From contig CP145411.1 in NCBI GenBank assembly GCA_036867785.1, forward strand, positions 1,178,001-1,242,000: DNA of 64,000 nt, given 5' to 3'. Under the pieces are notes generated by a model. The model searched no databases, was not told where the DNA came from, and worked only from the letters and a program-made list of their open reading frames with translations. This DNA comes from Plasmodiophora brassicae (lineage: Eukaryota). This document shows, piece after piece, positions 1-11,755 of this stretch. Both the position numbers and the translations under genes were made by a program. The stretch's first letter is position 1; every line of letters begins with the position of its first letter.

Positions 1-305
1 CGCCAGTTGCGTTCGCGAAGGTAGGTGTAGATGGAATAGAACGGCAACAGGAACACAAGAATGGAAACCATGGCAGACAGGTCGAACCGCCAGCTCGTGC
101 GCCTCGTATCGCGATCGAGCGTATCCGCGATCTCAAAGACGAACAGCTGGAGCATGGAGCAGGACAGGGCGAACGTCGCGGAGAACAGGGCGCGCACGAG
201 CGTGTTCTTGACCTCGTAGTCCTTGAAGAGCTGCCGGCGGAACCACTGCCAGCCGAACGCGAAGTACAGGATGTGCGTCGATGCGAGGACGACCAGTGGC
301 CACAT
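1..305 (-). CDS. GPR89: Golgi pH regulator / GPR89 (GTG-like), 5' part; runs off the window start
   Basis: Manual translation from ATG at 305 gives MWPLVVLASTHILYFAFGWQWFRRQLFKDYEVKNTLVRALFSATFALSCSMLQLFVFEI..., matching the GPHR N-terminus (FGW..F.RQLFKDYE, FS.TFA.SC..F.L..FEI). Not in the ORF track because it is truncated. Confidence 0.92.
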   Translation of the reverse strand, partial: MWPLVVLASTHILYFAFGWQWFRRQLFKDYEVKNTLVRALFSATFALSCSMLQLFVFEIADTLDRDTRRTSWRFDLSAMVSILVFLLPFYSIYTYLRERNW

Positions 306-551
306 CGCATCCGGCCGGGCGCTCCAACGGACGAGGCACGGGCGGCGACGTGCGCGGATTTTCCTCCTGGGCACCGCTATACCTACTGCCCCGGGCGACC
401 GGCGAGTGGTCTCTGCTGCCGCAGCAATGACACGAACCCCTTTCTGCAATGCGTTTCCGACACTCCTTCCCAGCTATACGTCTGTTTCGCCACGGTATAC
501 CCAAAGCATAGGCCATCTACCAGCTATACGGTTGTAGGGTTGCCGGCAGTT

Positions 552-1565
552 TTATAGTCGGTCTAGAAACGCGTTAAGTGCAAACAGGATCTGTGCTTGC
601 TCGTTCGGGTTCTGTGATCGGGACAGCTGCGCCATCAGCTGGTCGAGTTGCTGCAACCGAGGGCCTGAGTTCGCGGTGCGATGAAATCGGGCATGCCCAT
701 AGATCCGACCTGGACGTTCGCGCTGAGAGCATTGGCTGTGTCGAACTGCCCCTGCGCCCTTGCGTCTTGGACGGCGCGAACCAGGCGGTTCTTTGTCCAA
801 TTGACGCGATCCATATCGAGGACGGGAGCAGAGGCGGTGTAACCGCGAGGAGGGCGATGCGGGGGAGGGGGTGCTGGTCCTCGGTCATACCCTGGGTGAG
901 CGGTCGTCGGCATCGGTGGGGGCGCTCGTTGAGGTGGTGGAGGCGGAGGCCCTCTTCGAGGCACGATGTCAGAGAATTCATAGCAGATCAAGGGGCGTCG
1001 AGGCAACCTGGGAGGAGCTGGATGCATCGTTCTAGACGTGTCGGCGGCGGCGCTCGACGACGAGTGCCGCAACGTTTTCGCTGGATCGGGCGCCAGGCGA
1101 GGGGTCTTCTTGCAGATTCATATTGTCAGCATCCCACGCCAAACGTGCAGTGGACGACACCGGCATGCCGCTTACATTCCTAATGGCAGGCAGCCGCCGC
1201 GTGACATTGCCAGACACGTATATCTTGGGACAGTTGGTGTACGGGGGCGGCGGTGGCAGATCCGTATGGAACGCATCGCTGGCCATGATCGGGTTCACCG
1301 CCTCCTCTTCATCGGTCGGAACGATCTTGCGGAACGACGTCGTCCCATCATCGCCAACCGGGCTATAGGTCGTCACGTTCGGCGCATACGACGGCGGCTG
1401 GTCCGGCGATGGCGGCTGCCCAGCACCATGCGGCGACACCCGCTTCGAACTCCATGTCGGCAGGCGTCGCACGAGCCCGCCCTGCGGCGGCGTCGGATTC
1501 GGGAACGCCCGGACCAGCGGGCGCGGCGGCTGCCGAAGTGGCGGTGCGGGCGGATCAGACGCCAT
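552..1565 (-). CDS. Hypothetical proline-rich protein (multi-exon)
   Basis: Minus-strand ORFs 1032-1565, 635-1072 and 552-800 appear to join into a Pro-rich protein ending in a helical segment (LQQLDQLMAQL...LNAFLDRL*). No family recognised. Confidence 0.55.
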
Positions 1566-2115
1566 CGCAGCCTATGATAGGGGCCATACAAAACCCGGTC
1601 GATCGGCGAGAGGGGCCCACGTTACGCGCGCGCGCAGATGACGCTGCCCAGTGCCCACGCACTCGGAACCTATCATCGCCGGTGGAGACAGGCAATACTA
1701 CACCTACCTACCTACAGTGTACTACAGGGATAGCAGTACAGAGTGAAGCCTCAGTTTAAGCACGTATACGTGTCCTAATCGTGGGGCGTGTCTGACACTT
1801 TCCAGGGATAACCCTATGGGCAGGTAAAGATAATGGGTTTATAACGGGCCACCTCTGGTAAACTGGTAGAAGCGCATCTCATCCGACGATATCCGGCGCG
1901 TACCTACTACCATATGAAGGAGTTTGTCGCGTACTGCAAGGATAGGTGCACTGCCCGACTAATGGAACGGCACTTGGGCACTTGGCGGTTGTGATGAATG
2001 AAGCGCCAGTAGAGAGCGCATTGTATCGCTCGCTGGTGCATTCGCCGTCACCGACGACAGCATGTATTTATTGGACCTATCGTACATAAAGTACCGTCGA
2101 TGGGGGCGACAACCG

Positions 2116-3074
2116 TCAACCAGCGACGCCTATGAAGCCATTGAAGACGCCCAGTAGGAGCTGGGCAAGAATGAAACTCGCGATAGCATATGCGTACTGC
2201 ACGCGCCGGACGTCATGAAGGCCGTCGATCTCGGCGATGAACGTTGAGACGGTGCTCAATGCACCCGCTACTCCAACAATGACGCTGGATTTCGGATTTC
2301 GCGTTATCAGCAGGGTGACGCCAACGATAGCGCATGCCAGCGTGTTTGAAAGCAGTGTCCCGAAAGGGAATCTTGTCCCGCATCTGCCATGGATGCCTTC
2401 GTTCAAGTACAGCCCGAACATGTACCGGGGCAGACCGCCGACGGGTCCAAGTGCAACGCCAATGTATGCTTCTTTCGTAAGCGGCATAAACACGGCTAAA
2501 CAGACGGCCACGACTGCTGTCGCCGCTAGAACGAACCACAGTCCAAGGCCCTGAGTGTGCTTGCCGACCGCGAACACCGATATCCAGACGGCCATCCCGA
2601 CCAGAACGGCAACGAACGCAACGCCTACATTGCGCTGTACGACGCCTTCAACGCTGGCATACTGTTGCCCTAACGCATGCAACGAGTAAATCTGCTGAAA
2701 CAAATCTCCACAAGCAGAGAGCCCGTTAACGTACAGCTAGAGAACGTCGTCAACGCGCCACAGAAGCCTGTTGTCAAGACAGTGTATGCCCGCGGTTCCA
2801 GTGAATTTCTCGAGGCAACCGCCATGCCCATGATAAAGGAGCCCAGAGCGTTGCAGAAGAGCAGCTGGGAGAACGACATGCCGTCAACGTTCGGCAGTGT
2901 GCAGCGCACGAACACGCCGACGCAGGACGCGACCGAAAACGCGGCCACGAAGCCGACGTGCTCGACGACCCGCGTCCGTCGCCGGACCTGGACACTGACG
3001 GCCGGCGCCATGAGGTCTTCGACGGCGGAGGCAGCCACCTCACGGTCGTATTCGACGGGGTCCCAGTCAGACAT
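2116..3074 (-). CDS. FEX1: Fluoride export protein (two fused CrcB/Fluc domains), one intron
   Basis: Motifs NALGSFIMG and TTGFCGALTTFSS in domain 1; FPFGTLLSN and GALSTVSTF in domain 2. A GTACGT...TTAG intron restores the canonical TTFSSWQ. Start at MSDWD (3074) is uncertain. Confidence 0.88.
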
Positions 3075-3328
3075 GGGCCTGCGTGGCGGGACCTCCACGA
3101 CTTCGAGGGGAGGAACGGACCTGTCGTGTGCCCGCCCGTCGCCCCCCGCCGTCCTGCCCGTACAGCTCCGCTGTACGGACTCCGGCAGCGACGCCAGTCA
3201 CCTATTCGGCGTCGTATTCGTATACCTAGCAGCACGATATGGTAGTTGCAGCATGTCGACTGAACGGGTGTGACGGTGCACAGCGCCCGCTGCTCGTTTC
3301 AGAGCACGCTGTGGTGTGATGCGATGAC

Positions 3329-5715
3329 ATGACGACGATGGCGCGCACGCCTGGCTGGACTGTGTTCGTCGTGACTGCGATTGTCCTGGTGGCCTCCGTT
3401 TCGGCGCCTGGCAGTCCGAATCAGACGTCGGCTGCGTTGGTGAAAACCTCCACTGGTGTGAGGAAATCGGCGACAGTTCACCGGAAGCATACCTCGGTGG
3501 TACTCAGACCGTTGAGACCGACGACAAGTCATGGAGCGTCTAGGCACGTCTTGACAAACTACATGACGGCAAAGCGCACTTCGACGAATCTTAGAGCGCT
3601 TAGACGCGCATCGACAGGACATCGGACGTCTAAACGAACGTCGCATAAGCATGCAATGACGTCTAAGCGAACGTCGCATAAGCATGCAATGACGTCTAAA
3701 CGAACGTCGCATAAGCATGCAATGACGTCTAAACGAACGTCGCATAAGCATGCAATGACGTCTAAACCCACGCAGACCGGCCATGGAGCGTCGAAACGTT
3801 CGGCAACAGTGCGCGGAACATCCAAACGCTCGCCGACAGCGCGTGGGACATCTAAACCCTCGTCGGCAAAGCACAGACCCTCGAGATCCTCTTCGGCAGC
3901 TGCACATCGTGTGGTCGAGCCACCGCCAGTCGCCTACACAAACCGACCATTCCGGCGACCTGCTACCACGTTCAACGCGGCTGGCGCGCAGGCTGGTGCT
4001 GGCGCGCAGGCTGGTGCTGGCGCGCAGGCTGGTGCTGGCATACCAACAACAACGCGAGCACCACTGGATACGACTGGCGGTACGCAGGTGCAGTGTTCGC
4101 CTGGCCACGTCCCAGACACGACGACGAAGGCCTTTTGCGTTGAGTGTCCCCAGGGACGAATTGCGCATGCTGGAGACCTGACTTGCACATCATGCCCGGC
4201 GGACGCCTACACAGACCGGCCTGGCTCTTCGTCGTGTTTGGTATGGCCTTCGAAAGGGTTGACGAAGGCACCGACGTCGGTCACGCAGGGCGTCGTGATC
4301 GCAACCGCATCAACAACGGCTGCCCAGACAGCCATGGTCCAGTTTCCTTGGTCCAGCGTCGTCTATGGCAGTACGATGCAATCATCGTCTACAGGAGCGG
4401 GATGGCTCCCCATCGACTATATGCAGAATCTGCTGTTAATCGGTTTGGTTGACGTGAAGCTCCCTGACGTCATGCGATCCTCCATGTGGGCAACATCGTT
4501 GATGTCTGGGTTGCCCCAAGGGTTGCATTTTCTGGACCGTATCATCGAACGCGTTCGGTGTGCTTGGGGGGCGGTGGACGCGACCGTGGATTCGACGACG
4601 CCGCGACCGTTCCTGGACGTATTGGATCAGATCGGCATCCAGCCCCGCAATCTGTTCATCGTCACCATTGTCTTGACGTTGATGGCAAACATCGCTGTCG
4701 TAATCGTATCGCAGTTGGCGAACCTTGCGCTGGTGCCGCGATGGTCGACGCGGTCGACGATTCGCCAGTGGGAAATTCGTGTCCATCTTCGCATCTTGAT
4801 GGCCATGTTCCAGACAGTCCTACTGGGATGCGCGTTCCAGGTTCGGCGTATCGTCCATTGGACCACATACCTCTACGCTGATGTTTAACGTATCTTCCAG
4901 ATTGGAGCGGTGCGCTTCGACGCGCACCTGGTCACGAGCCTGGCGATAGTCTTTGGGATAACCACCGCGTTCATTGGCAATTTCGCCCTGGTTGCGTTCC
5001 TGCACCGGCATAAACCCCGGTTGCAGACTCGCGAATTCCAGGCGAAATATGGCCCATTCTACGACGACTACAAGCGCGAATGTTGGTATTTTCTAACAGT
5101 GAAACTGGCCTCGAAAGCGATCGGTGCGGCCGTGGTCGGGTTCGTCCGCGACTCGTTCGCGCAGGTTCTAGTCCTGTTCGCTGTCAATCTGTCGTATGCG
5201 GTGGTCTTCTCAAGGCGCAAACCGATGGTGTCAAGGTAAATTGGATCTGCGACGCAGCCCATACCGACCTGCTGACGTGATTACGTGCAGCGTCCAAAAC
5301 CGAATCGCATCGATTATCAACTGGGCCCAGACAGTCAATGTTCTCATTCTGTTCGCGTTCCTGACATTCTCGAACCTGTCTGCGACTTCACTCGTCATTC
5401 TGTCAGAGGTAAAGGAGCGCTCTCCGCGTTGCTGCCAGCAACAGCACATCATATGTGTCGCTACTTTGTACGGTAGGTCGTATTGTTCCTGCACGGCTCC
5501 ATCGTTGGACTGTTCGCTATGTCCCGTGTCATCTACGTCATCATCAGCATCTGGGCCATGGTGCAGCAGGCTTGTTCGAAGCTACCAGAAGGTACGTCGT
5601 GCTTCGGATCACTCCAAGATTTATCACAATAGTCGTGGCCGCTCATTCAGGTTCATCGCAAGCCGAAAAACTACACGATGTGGAAGAGATGGAGATGGAG
5701 CTGCACGAGATGTGA
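3329..5715 (+). CDS. Signal peptide + basic Thr/Ser/His repeat stalk + Cys-rich (GCC2/GCC3, TNFR-like) module + multi-TM TRP-like (Flc/Pkd2-type) membrane domain; multi-exon
   Basis: Hydrophobic N-terminus; CxxCPxG...CxxCPxxxY Cys module; IDYMQ.L.LIG...V.LP and YGPFYDDYK..CWYF motifs typical of the TRP-like TM family. Joined from ORFs 3329-4888, 4910-5239 and parts of 5196-5732. Confidence 0.7.
3625..3767 (+). repeat. Coding tandem repeat, 33-bp unit, 4 copies plus a partial (TSKRTSHKHAM)
   Basis: GACGTCTAAACGAACGTCGCATAAGCATGCAAT at 3625, 3658 (one mismatch), 3691 and 3724; partial copy at 3757. Confidence 0.95.
3980..4039 (+). repeat. Coding tandem repeat, 18-bp unit, 3 copies plus a partial (AGAQAG)
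   Basis: GCTGGCGCGCAGGCTGGT repeated three times. Confidence 0.93.
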
Positions 5716-6073
5716 CAAGTACGATGACATAAAGCACAACCGTTCATCGGACGAAACTCCAGTTGGCGTACCAGTTATCAATCATTAAGAGAGACAAGGT
5801 TGTCGGATCGTCGCGGGAGAAGATGGTTCTATTCATGCGCATTGATGACCGCTCGGTCAACGTTTCGTTTCAGAACCCGCGCCGGTTTTCGCCCACAGTT
5901 TCAATGGACTGCTGCAGGCTTCACACGGCCTACCGCAACCGCAATTGCACTACGTACCGTCTATGCACGAAACGTCGAGGGATGACAGTGTCCCAGAAAA
6001 CACAGCATCAGTACTTTCATCATTGGGGTTAGAAATGACGGGCACGCCGCCATCGTATTTCCGAATTCGGCAT

Positions 6074-6614
6074 TCATGCTTCAGCCGGTTCCGGTTCACC
6101 CGATTCGCCAGCAACGGGGGCAGCGGATTCCGTGACCTTCGTTTCTTTGTGGGACTCGCCCTCGGCAAACACAACTTCAGCCTTCCGTTTCACCGGCGCC
6201 GCCGACTTCTCTCCCGCCTCCCCGCCGGCCACGCGATTCTTTAATTTGCTCAGGACCCTGATATCGTCGGGGTGAGCGAGTTGCGTGCATTCTCAGCGCA
6301 TCCCGAGCATCCGCACTCACTCGCGCTTGTCATCGTCGGGCAACGAAGACACGCCTGGAATATCTTCCAGGGATCCGTGCGCGCTCTCAGCCGACTGAAG
6401 CTGCTTCATGCTGACACAGTCAATACAGAACCAGGACGTCGTCGCATCGCGCCTGGACCCGAAACGGAGGGCATTCTTCTGAATGCCGGACTTGCAGGTC
6501 TGCACAGTACGTCAGCGAACGGCTCTCGTGACTGGAGGACCCGTGGCGCGAACGGACTTTGCACTTCGACCGGCTCGATTTGGCGTGCTCGAGTTGGTAC
6601 GAGACTACTGTCAT
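6074..6614 (-). CDS. Small stand-alone PARP-type zinc finger protein (3 exons)
   Basis: Spliced product MTVVSYQLEHAKSSRSKCK|TCKSGIQKNALRFG...SWFCIDC...IPGVSSLPDDDKRE|VLSKL...EA* fits the zf-PARP consensus (EYAKS.R..CK.C...I.K..LR.G...W.H..C...G...L...D). Confidence 0.8.
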
Positions 6615-6716
6615 GGTTGCTGCACCGACCGATTGGAAGTAAACTGCGTCCGCTGAATCGCCGCCCCGGCGTCGGTGAGGGCCGGTGCCGACGGTGCGCC
6701 AAAAAAGAGATCGCCG

Positions 6717-7160
6717 ATGAATCCCGATCGCAGTCCGGCCGAGGCCCCCGGAAGCAGCTCAACTGCAGCTTCAGTGCTCCTTTGTGACATCTTCGAGCAA
6801 TCCAGCGTCGCAGAACGTGCGTATCGAGATTGGGACACCAACAGTCGCCAGCTGTCATCGGAGCGGTCCAACTCTTGGTATTGGAGAGAGGTGTGCCTCG
6901 AGTACTGTATCTATGCGTTAGATTTATTACACAACGTAAATTGTGTAATCCCTGAGAGGAAGTCCCGGCATTCATGTTCCTGCTTGTCTACATCCATCCA
7001 GTCGCACCATTATGGGGTCCTGCGGACACCTGCGGGAACTCGGCATCCGGTTACATCAACCGCAAAGCTCCCAAATTACGCACGCCTTTCCGCCGACAAA
7101 CGCTGCGCTCATGCAGTCATGCTGCTACTACCTACAGCCTACACGGTCGCCAGCCGCTAG
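6717..7160 (+). CDS. Possible small hypothetical gene; structure unresolved
   Basis: First exon MNPDRSPAE...SNSWYWRE followed by a GTGTGC donor-like site. No family recognised. Confidence 0.25.
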   Translation: MNPDRSPAEAPGSSSTAASVLLCDIFEQSSVAERAYRDWDTNSRQLSSERSNSWYWREVCLEYCIYALDLLHNVNCVIPERKSRHSCSCLSTSIQSHHYGVLRTPAGTRHPVTSTAKLPNYARLSADKRCAHAVMLLLPTAYTVASR

Positions 7161-7250
7161 ACATCAGGAGCGCATTCGTTTTCGCGAAATTTGCCGTGGC
7201 TGGCGTCGCGTTGTGCCGCCTGATTCCATACTGCAATGGGGCGGCAGTCG

Positions 7251-8963
7251 ATGCGAATGCGGCCGCCGCCGTCGGCCCTAGCCTCGCAAGACCATGTGGT
7301 TACACGTGCGTAATCCTGTTTGGAGTGGTACCAATCCAGATCTAACTGCCGCTGCAGTGGCTGGTCTGTCGGCGCCGGACCGGCCGACATCCGGGAGCGG
7401 CGGCCAGTTCACCGTGTGCGAGTCGGGGTTCGCGCTGGTCACTGTTGGGCCGCGACAACCTCTCGAACCGCAGCTCGATCAGAAATCCTTGCGTCTCGTC
7501 GTGGACCGGGATCGGTTGCGGTATTCGCCTGTCTTGCTTCCGTCACTGTCCCAGTTGCCTGGCTGCAACCAGAACGGCCAATCGACTTCAGAGGAATTCA
7601 GGCCCCTATTTGGTATCGACGCCGAAGGCAATCCTCACGAACTGCCTTTGCCATATGATCAAGCCAAACCTGTCCTATCGGCACTGTGCTGGCATCCAAC
7701 CAAGCCCGTCAGTCGCCTGACCCGCGTTGCCTCATGACCCTGTTGACTCTTACGCTCAGATGATTGCAATCACGTTAGCGAATAACCTCACGTACTTCCT
7801 CGACGTGGCAACTGGGTTCTGGTCCGACCTTGTCCTGCAACACGAGTACCAGCGAAACGTGATCGCAATGGCGTATTCACCCGTCGGTGGCAACGACCTC
7901 GCAGTTCATACGGGCGATTCCGTTTGCTTGTGGCATATCGTCGAAGGCATGATGGGTTTGCTGTATGCATACGCCGTAGTACTGATCGTGCCTGCAGGCC
8001 AGCGGTCGGCATGGGTGATGCGTCTTCATCCGGACGACTGGTCGGAAAGACCAAGCACGTCCGGATCATTGTCCTACAGTCCCTCTGGCCGTTTCCTCGC
8101 ATTCGCGTCCCATGGGCAGCCTTCGATTTCCGTGTGGGATTGTGTTCGCAAAGGGCCCGCTGGGCACACACCATTGGCAGCGAGAGGGAAACGTATTACC
8201 GACGTTTCATGGTCGTCCAACGGGCTGTACCTAGTTGGGTTCTCTAGGTCGTCCTCGAATTGTCAGTGGTTGTTTCCGTTATCGTTTGCTCTACATTGAT
8301 CTTGGCAACTGGCAGTCTATGTTTGGGATACCACGAGATGGGACTGTGCAAGGTGGACGCTCGGGACTGGTGGACCCCTTCAAGGCATTACCTGGCATTG
8401 CAACCAGAGTCTGATGATGGTCGCTGGGAGCGACTGTTCGCTGATCCATTGGTAGAACACCGTCAGCAGGTCTCCGGGATCGACACCGCTGATGTTGTTC
8501 TTAGTGTCAGACTGGATCCTTTGGAAATCTGGCCCGGGTTAGACGTTGATCAGGATCCGGATGGTCTTGGGGTCGGGGGCAAACCTAACCAGATTGCCTG
8601 GTCACCGACTTCGCAGAGGCTGGCTATATCGTTCACTGAAGACAGCGACGACTGCGCCGACATGATCGCCATTATCGCGACGTCCATTGACGTTTCAAAC
8701 CACGTCCGGTACACGCCGATCGGCTGGATTCGCGGGCCGCAGTCGCCCGTTTCGCACATGCTGAATCGGTGCCGCTGCGTCTCATGTCAACGCGAACGCC
8801 GCCGTTCTTACGCCACGATTGCAGGCCCGTGTTCATGTGCTTCCGCCCTGAATTTGAGCACGGCGCGTTGCTCTGCGTTGCCTGGCGGCATGGCCAAATC
8901 ACTTTCTATCCCATGCTGTTCGCCCATGACAGCAAACCTGTGCGGCCGTCGGCACGTGCCTGA
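7251..8963 (+). CDS. AAAS: ALADIN WD40 nucleoporin (multi-exon)
   Basis: GQFTVCE near the N-terminus, LCWHP, LQHEYQRNVIAMAYSP...LAV, GGKPNQIAWSPTSQRLAISF, and C-terminal FRPEFEHGALLCVAWRHGQITFYPMLF match ALADIN motifs. Confidence 0.82.
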
Positions 8964-9152
8964 ATACAATCTACGTACATACAGCTCTGCAATTTTGCCC
9001 GCTTTGTGTGGCCCTGACTCGTGCGTGTCGGTCGATGTGCTAAAATAGCGTTGTGTGTTTCTATTCTTGTGTGTCCAGTGTTCGCGCCGGGGATCGGATT
9101 ATTTTCCGCTCCTTGTCGTCGTGACGTCAGACGCGCCAGGGACACCATCGCC

Positions 9153-10377
9153 ATGCTGACGTCGCCGGAGACCAGCAACCGGATACTGGAGGAGACCGTG
9201 GAATCCATTGTGAACGCGTCCGTTGCCGAGCCGCGGTTCGGTCCCGTTTGGGCGCGCTGACCCATGGCCGTACAGGGAGAAGCGTGTCTCGACCGAGGTC
9301 AAAATCTGCGACTTCGACAAGGCACAGTTCTGGGTCAGAACGACGAAGCCATCGTCGGATGGTGCTCACGACATTCTTCTCGTATCGCTGGCGCTGCCCG
9401 CATACAAGGAGGTCGCCGCGCTCGGCGCCGACGAGTACCTGAAGTTGACCTATGGCGACCTGCTCGTTACGCCTGACGATGGTAGCGATGTCATGCTCAG
9501 AATGGATTTGGCGTCTATCCCCGAGAAGCATCGACAGGTTCTCTCAGTCAACTCGAATCGCCCAGCAACGGCTGATCAAGGCGTGTAGGATTTGATATCA
9601 GTCGTGTGCCGGCTCAAGGAGAAGATCGCCGGGGCGCCGTTCAAGAAATACTTTACCGCGTTGGCCGAGAAGAAGACGCTGTCGCCGGCGACGTTCAGTT
9701 TGCACGTCGACTGCCCTGTATATATCGTACCGAAGAACGACCGCGTCGTTATTGTGTTCTCCCTGAACGTCAGGGAACGATCAGACGCTGTCGTTACCAG
9801 GTGGGAATTGACCATGGCCCACCGCGATACGTGAATCTCATGCGGTGTATTATAGCGTCTTCCTGACGGAATTCGCCGAGGCACGACGTAAAGTTCCAGC
9901 TGGGCCAATCGTGACATTCACGGCGATGCCACCGAAAGAGATCCAGGATGCGTTCAATATTACTGAAGCGAAGGGCAACGTCGGCTTTATTAGTTTTGGT
10001 AAGCGTTTCCGATTGGTCCTATTAGCAACGTTTTAATGACCATCGGTACGTGTAGCGATGCTTCCAAGCCATGTCGATTCGCCGGCAAAGATCGAAGCCG
10101 CCGCCGCTATCTTCTCCGGATTCCGAACGTACGTCCAATACCACATCAAGTGTTCGAAGGCATACTTCCATTCTCGCATGCGCGCTCGGGTTACCTCACT
10201 GCTGAAGGTTCGTCTTCGCGCGCAGGACCCACGGGGACCCCTTCGTTTCCATGACGCTGTATTTGCTGACCACTGTCACAGATTCTCAACCGAGCAAAGA
10301 ACGAGGAGTTCGACGACGGCAAGGAGAAGAAGAAGAAGACCTTCTCTGGCAGGACATTCGAGCAAAAGTCTGCCTAG
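9153..10377 (+). CDS. ARPC2: Arp2/3 complex 34-kDa subunit (multi-exon)
   Basis: [60 protein letters not shown]...LLKVLNRA...[12 protein letters not shown]. Confidence 0.95.
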
Positions 10378-10453
10378 AAGACCTGCGATGTCTGTCGACG
10401 CCAATGACCTCCATAAAGTCTACGAGTCGCAACCCGTTCTTGCTGGGCCCGCA

Positions 10454-11461
10454 CTATTGCAATGCCGCGTTCATTTTCTTACGAATGTCCACCATGCTTG
10501 TGTAGCGGACGTAATGCAGTGACCGGGTCTCCACTTCCAACTGCTGTCGCGACCGCTGCAAGCGCGACGCGATTGCACTCAGCTGTGCCCGAACATTGGC
10601 AGGTACGAGAGTCGGGCAATCGGTCATGCTGGCCAGGAACGACATGGCCGGCGCATCCACCTGGATCGACTGGTGAACGTGCCAGTGCGTTTGCGATGAC
10701 GACTCTTTCGACGGGATGTTCCGCCGAGGCCCAGATACCGCAGCATGATGGGCAACCTGGGAAGATCCGCGCCGATCATCCTCGGCCGTGTTGTCGCTGG
10801 CGACAGGTCTGGGTGTTCCACAGGCCGTCATTGGTTCGCTCTCAGTGCCAGCGTCTGCTGACTGTGGCGGTCCAGAGCTCACTGCGACGAGTGATCCCGG
10901 GCTAGCGCCTTTGCCCATCGCGATGTTCGGTTGAAGTGGCTCTGGATCGTACTGATCGCCATCCCCCGACGACTCGTTGCCCAGATTGCCGTCGTCGTCA
11001 TCGTCATAGTCGTCCACGAAGTCGTCGGAATAGGCGCTAGACTGGGACGATAGCACGTCGCGCGACGTGGTGGGAACGACCAACTGGCTCAGCGGTATCG
11101 AAACATTGTCCTGGTTGGTCACGGTGATCGTTGACGTCGGCGGTGTTGGCTTCAGATCGACAACGACTTCGTTACCGTCGTTGTCGTCGTCACTGAAGAC
11201 GACGATCTCCTCGTTGTCGCTGAAATCGATGGCAGTAGTCTCCGGGCGTCCTGCCGCGGGCGGCGACGACGTCGACGCGTCATCGTCAGAGAACGAAATA
11301 ATCACGGGAGCATCAGCATGATCGTCGTCCGCGGACGCGCCAACCGGAACATCGTCCTCAAACTCCGACATGCCCGACAGCGAATCATCGTCGGCGGATC
11401 GGCGCTTCACCCGGTTCTGCAACAGGTGTCGCGCTCGGAGCACAACTTCCTCAGCCGACAT
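10454..11461 (-). CDS. Acidic, low-complexity hypothetical protein; C-terminus weakly resembles DUF4614 (C19orf44-like)
   Basis: Open frame from [11 protein letters not shown]; Asp/Ser-rich; C-terminal helix [15 protein letters not shown]...[13 protein letters not shown]. The family call is tentative. Confidence 0.6.
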   Translation of the reverse strand: MSAEEVVLRARHLLQNRVKRRSADDDSLSGMSEFEDDVPVGASADDDHADAPVIISFSDDDASTSSPPAAGRPETTAIDFSDNEEIVVFSDDDNDGNEVVVDLKPTPPTSTITVTNQDNVSIPLSQLVVPTTSRDVLSSQSSAYSDDFVDDYDDDDDGNLGNESSGDGDQYDPEPLQPNIAMGKGASPGSLVAVSSGPPQSADAGTESEPMTACGTPRPVASDNTAEDDRRGSSQVAHHAAVSGPRRNIPSKESSSQTHWHVHQSIQVDAPAMSFLASMTDCPTLVPANVRAQLSAIASRLQRSRQQLEVETRSLHYVRYTSMVDIRKKMNAALQ

Positions 11462-11755
11462 GGAACCCAAATGACCATCGCGTGTGACTGTAACACGCTG
11501 ACGAACGCGCCAGCGGCGATGGTCGAAGAACGGCGGCGTTTCATTGCAACGCGCGCCCGCCGAAACGCCAACGAAAGCAGCATGCCTGGCTGGACACGGT
11601 GGCCTTGAATGTCCGCTGCGAACGAACTGCGCGTGCGTCCCGCGTGATTTGTGCAGTGCCGCAGGTGGGGGGATCCCGCTACAACACGGGTCGGTGGGTC
11701 GCGCGCGCCACTCGGAACTGCTGCCTAGCTGCATCGGCGTCGACTGGCGAGCTGC

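Noticed and set aside
1600-2115. snRNA, SECIS or telomerase RNA in the long spacer
   Set aside because: No recognisable U1/U2/U5/U6 core, no GA/GA quartet and no adequate telomeric template.
2670-2735. Apparent frameshift or pseudogenisation of FEX
   Set aside because: Explained by a normal GTACGT...TTAG intron that restores TTFSSWQ.
3140-3204. Bona fide fluoride (crcB) riboswitch
   Set aside because: The conserved GAUG...UGAUGAC core and pseudoknot complement are absent; kept only as a low-score hairpin finding.
3625-3767. 33-bp repeats as a CRISPR array
   Set aside because: Head-to-tail with no spacers, in frame within a eukaryotic CDS, and no cas genes.
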